Shown: positions 60,095 through 64,000 of the stretch, piece by piece
Position numbering within the stretch: position 1 is the stretch's first letter
How the letters are laid out: each line of letters opens with the position of its first letter
From: Podarcis erhardii
Taxonomy: Eukaryota
Assembly (NCBI GenBank): GCA_964252035.1
Contig: OZ176201.1
Direction: 5' to 3' (one strand)
DNA: 64,000 bases
Notes under the pieces: model-generated
Told to the model about the DNA's origin: nothing
Seen by the model: the letters and a program-made list of their open reading frames with translations, nothing else
Databases searched by the model: none
Translations under genes and position numbers: made by a program

Positions 60095-61331
60095 TATAAT
60101 AATGCTATTATGCATATCTAAAGTGCAACTGGACTTGGAACTCTGTATACAATTCTTGTCACTGTAACTCAGAAAAGGATATTGTAGAACTGGAAAAGGT
60201 ACATAAAAGGACAATCAAAATAACCAAGGAGCTGGGGCAACTTTCTTGTGAAGAAAGGTTACAATATTTGCAGTACTGAGTTTAGAGTAAAGGGGAGTAG
60301 TGGAGACATTATTTAGATGTGTACAATTATGCATGATATGGAGAAAGTAGGGGGGTTTTCTTTTTTCTCCCTTCCTCGTAGTATTAGAACCCAGGGCTAC
60401 CCAATGAGCTGAATTTGGAAGATCCAGGGCAAGCAAAAGGAGGTACTATTTCAGCCAGCTCACAATTAGAATCATAGAATCATAGAGTTGGAAGAGACCA
60501 CAAGGGCCATCGAGTCCAACCCCCTGCCAAGCAGGAAACACCATCAGAGCACTCCTGACATATGGTTGTCAAGCCTCTGCTTAAAGACCTCCAAAGAAGG
60601 AGACTCCACCACACTCCTTGGCAGCAAATTCCACTGTTTAACAGCTCTTACTGTCAGGAAGTTCTTCCTAATGTTTAGGTGGAATCTTCTTTCTTGTAGT
60701 TTGGAACCATTGCTCCGTGTCCGCTTCTCTGGAGCAGCAGAAAACAACCTTTCTCCCTCCTCTATGTGACATCCTTTTATATATTTGAACATGGCTATCA
60801 TATCACCCCTTAACCTCCTCTTCTCCAGACTAAACATGCCCAGCTCCCTTAGCCGTTCCTCATAAGGCATCGTTTCCAGGCCTTTGACCATTTTGGTTGC
60901 CCTCCTCTGGACACGTTCCAGTTTGTCAGTGTCCTTCTTGAACTGTGGTGCCCAGAACTGGACACAGTACTCCAGGTGAGGTCTGACCAGAGCAGAATAC
61001 AGTGGCACTATTACTTCCCTTGATCTAGATGCTATACTCCTATTAGAATTGTGAATCCTATTAGAATTAGAATTGTGGCATTTGTTCTCCACGAGATGTA
61101 GTGATGACCACCAACCTGGATGACTTTTTGAAGGTGTTAATATGAATTCATGGTGGATAAGGCTATCAGTGGCTACTAGTCATTATGGCTACATACTACC
61201 TCTAGTATTGGAGGTGGTATACCTCAGAATACCACTTGGTGGGGATCCAATGTGGTTGGCCACCGTGAGAAAGGATGCTGGAGTAGGGAGGTCATTGTCC
61301 TGACCCAGCAGGACTCTTCTGATGTTCTTAA
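60095..61331 (+). mobile_element. Older CR1-type LINE 3' portion, split by the young CR1
   Basis: Degenerate EKDIVELEKVHKRTIK...EERLQ coding region before 60465; the sequence continues after 61073 and ends in a TGTTCTTA tail. Confidence 0.65.
60473..61044 (-). mobile_element. Young 5'-truncated CR1 LINE inserted into an older CR1
   Basis: Open reading frame ...[21 protein letters not shown]...ERVQRRATK...RTRSNG...LDNHMSGVL*; (ATTCTATG)n tail; target ATTAGAAT at 60465-60472 and 61066-61073. Confidence 0.92.
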
Positions 61332-61635
61332 GACCCTATTTTGGAGGTAACAGTGCTTCAGAAGACCAGTTTCTGGAAACCACAGGAGGGGAGAGTGAGC
61401 TTGAATCCTGCTTGTGGGTTTTCCACAGGCAACTGGTTGGCTGCTTTGAAAACAGGATGCTGGACTAGATGGGCTGCAGCCCTTCTTCTGTTCTTACGGT
61501 TGTCTGTAAGAGACCATGTATGTGAAGTAATGTGCATTGCCATCTTTAAGTGGCAATGCACCCAGGGTCTAAAAGTGCCAAAGTGCACCCCAATGGCACC
61601 TTACAGAAGTCTGTATTATATTTTACTGTTTGTAT

Positions 61636-61787
61636 CAGTGGTGTAGCGTGAGTTGTCAGCACCCAGGGCAAGGCAAGTAATTTGCGCCCCCTAACCCTGG
61701 ATTTGCGCCCCCTAACCCTATCCCTAACCCCCAGATGTTGCGCCCGGTGCGGCCGGCCCCCCCAGCACCCCCCACGCTACGCCACTG
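61636..61787. mobile_element. hAT-type MITE (longer, older relative at 27037-27372)
   Basis: CAGTGGTGTAGCGTG...CACGCTACGCCACTG; perfect 8-bp TSD GTTTGTAT. Confidence 0.9.
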
Positions 61788-62099
61788 GTTTGTATAATAT
61801 GCAAGCCCAGGGCTTTCTTTTTTTTAGCCAGAGCTCACAGGACCTCAACTCTGGCACTTCTCAGGTCTTAGAATTGGCATTCTAAGAGAACAAGGGAGAA
61901 GTTCGTGGTGAGCCCTGGCACCTCCATTTCTAGAAAAACAGGACTGCACAAGCCTATATTCACTTTTCAGCGCAGGAAAACAGCAGCACATAAATGCTTC
62001 TAATGAACCCCATATAACAACTGCGTTTTGGGGGCTGGGTTTTTTGAAGAAGGAAAAAGCACCTTTTGGTGCGAAATGAACAATTTTTTTAGCTCCGTT

Positions 62100-63550
62100 T
62101 TATCGTTTGCACAGGGATGAGGGGGGAAAGCATTGCTCGGGATGGGGCGGCGTGGAGGCATCCCCAAAGGTGCCAGCGTGAAAATGCCGCTTCATTTGAG
62201 CCAACGGCGAATCTCTCCGCGACTCTACACTAATTTGGGGTCGCATCCCGAGAATCCAGTAAGTGCAGAACGCGGCGGGCCGATCCTTTGCCTCCTTTCT
62301 TCGCCATCTCCGTCCCTCGCCTGGCGCGGGCGAGCGCAAAGCCGCCTGGGTGGCCTCGGCCTGCCTTGTCGTTGCGAGGAGGCGGGGAAGGGCCTTCCGT
62401 TGAGCCAACCCCTTTTCTGTCGGAGGGTGGGGAATCACGCGCGGCCCTTGCCTTTAAGGTTCAATCGACAGAAAAGAAAGGGGGTGGTGGCCAAAAGCGC
62501 CGGCCGGCCGAGCCGAGGTGGTGGTGGTGGTGTTGGGGCGCTGCGCGCGCCGATTCCCGGGGTTGGAACCCGCCCCCCCCCCCCCGCCGCGCAGCCGAAG
62601 AAGCAGGTGCAGCGAGGCGAGCGAGCTGGTGCGGCGCAAGGTGGGGGTGGTGGGGGTTTTGCATCGCAGAGCGGCTGGGGGCCGGGGAAGGGGAGAGGGA
62701 GGAGGGCAAGCCGGTGGGGAGAGGGGCTGGGAGGTTAACAGGCCGGCGGGGGAGCGGGGAGAGAAGACAGCCGCCGCTGCCGCTGCCGCTGCTGCGATGG
62801 AGTGAGCAGAGTCGGTGGAATGCAAGGCAGGCGAGCGAGGGCAGCCGGAGGAAGGCGCTGCGGCATCGCTTGCGTGCGTGCGGTGCTGCTCCTGCGTGGC
62901 TCGCCCCAGGCGCCGGCCGGTGGCGCATCGGGGACCGTGCGACGAGCAGAGGGCCCTGCTGTGTCACGATGTTGGCAGCGGGGGTCGGACTCCGGAGGGC
63001 CAGGCCGGTGTGGCTCAAGGGCGCGCTTGCACAGGCATCCCTGGCTTGGATGCTGGCCAGTGCAGCGAAGGCAGGCGGGCGGGCGGGCGAGGGAGGGAGG
63101 ATGCTTTCCCGGCTAAAATAAATGCCCAGGCCCGCCTATCCTCCTCGCTCGTTCTTTAGGCCAGGCAGCCCCCTCTCCTCCGCCGATCGACCGGCCACGC
63201 GTAATGTATGGGTCGAGCGATCCGCCGGTTTGCGCCCCCTCTGCGAGCGGACGTTTTTGCTGTGTCAGCCCAGGAAGCGGTGTCGCTTCTGGCGCATTCA
63301 CACGGTCGCTTGGCACGTCGGCTGGGGATCCTCCTCGGGGAGCCAGCCCCCGTTGGACACGGTGGGACTTGCAAGACTTCTAGTATCGGGCTGAAAGGCT
63401 CCAAAACCCTCTGTAAGTTCCCCTGGAAATCGGGCACCTTCCCCGTTACTCCGTCGAAGGCACGCTCGCCTCTCCTTTGTTTCTCGGTTCGTTGCTGTCT
63501 GTTTATGCTCGGAGTGGCAGCTGTAATCTGCTTTAGTGCTCGGAGGACAG
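62100..63550 (+). promoter_or_regulatory. CpG island, probable promoter and 5' non-coding exon of the next gene (ABHD6 by synteny; no coding sequence recognised in the window)
   Basis: Abrupt rise in GC and CpG content, G-tracts, a (GCC/GCT)n run at 62770-62796 and a strong donor-like CT|GTAAGT at 63413. The gene identity is inferred from the FLNB-DNASE1L3-ABHD6 order in mammals. Confidence 0.75.
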
Positions 63551-64000
63551 AATCAGGTGCTGATAATCGTCGGTTATTCCGGATTACTGGAAGATAGGTG
63601 TGTGTGATCTGATCTCATGAAGGACCCCTGGTGACCCGCTTCTTTCCCCATGTCTGTAATGTCAGTGTAAAAGGTGCACTGGTTGTAGAAAGTAGGTTCG
63701 TTTCTAAGTCTTCTTTTTAAAAAAAGCTTTCTTCAGCTTCTTATCCTGCATTGCCATCCATCTGGCATGTGAAAGGCATCTGAAGCGTGCCTAGCTCTGT
63801 CAAAGGACTTGGCATGTGTTTTGTGGACAGCTGAACCAAAGGGCAATAACACCTGGTATGTGGTACATTTCTGGTATAGAGAAAATGGAGACTATATAAA
63901 GTCCTGAATATTTGATTTTGCTATGTTGTAGGTAGGAGAACCTCCAGGTTGCTATGTAGAAATCTGATGGGGATAAATGAAAGTTTGTTTTTGCATTTAA

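Noticed and set aside
62133-63597. Many long overlapping ORFs on both strands (up to 277 aa)
   Set aside because: Expected in a GC-rich CpG island because stop codons are rare; the translations are low-complexity G/R/A/P with no domain motifs.

Overview
This is vertebrate (eukaryotic) genomic DNA from a squamate, most likely a lacertid lizard, judging from its Sauria/Squam SINEs, Bov-B, CR1/L2/L1 LINEs and hAT/mariner MITEs. No prokaryotic features, rRNA or CRISPR arrays were found. Gene content, left to right: (1) the last five coding exons and 3'UTR of filamin B (FLNB, +, 685-5061); (2) a two-exon, 191-aa SPMIP1/ATP6V1FNB-family sperm/ciliary microtubule-inner-protein gene (+, 8983-11651); (3) a complete eight-exon, 298-aa DNASE1L3 (-, 42585-26450); (4) a GC/CpG-rich island (~62100-63550) that by synteny is probably the promoter and first exon of the next gene, ABHD6 in mammals and birds. 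All exon boundaries were placed by hand from GT/AG signals and reading-phase continuity. Intergenic and intronic DNA is dense in transposons. The most interesting observations are the SPMIP1-like gene beside FLNB (mammalian SPMIP1 sits beside FLNC, suggesting a retained paralogue), a solo LTR whose U3 is filled by a 119-aa ORF with an HMGN-like RRSARL motif, and a TSD-flanked L1 with intact ORF1 but most of its RT deleted. Family names come from recalled consensus sequences, not from database searches.
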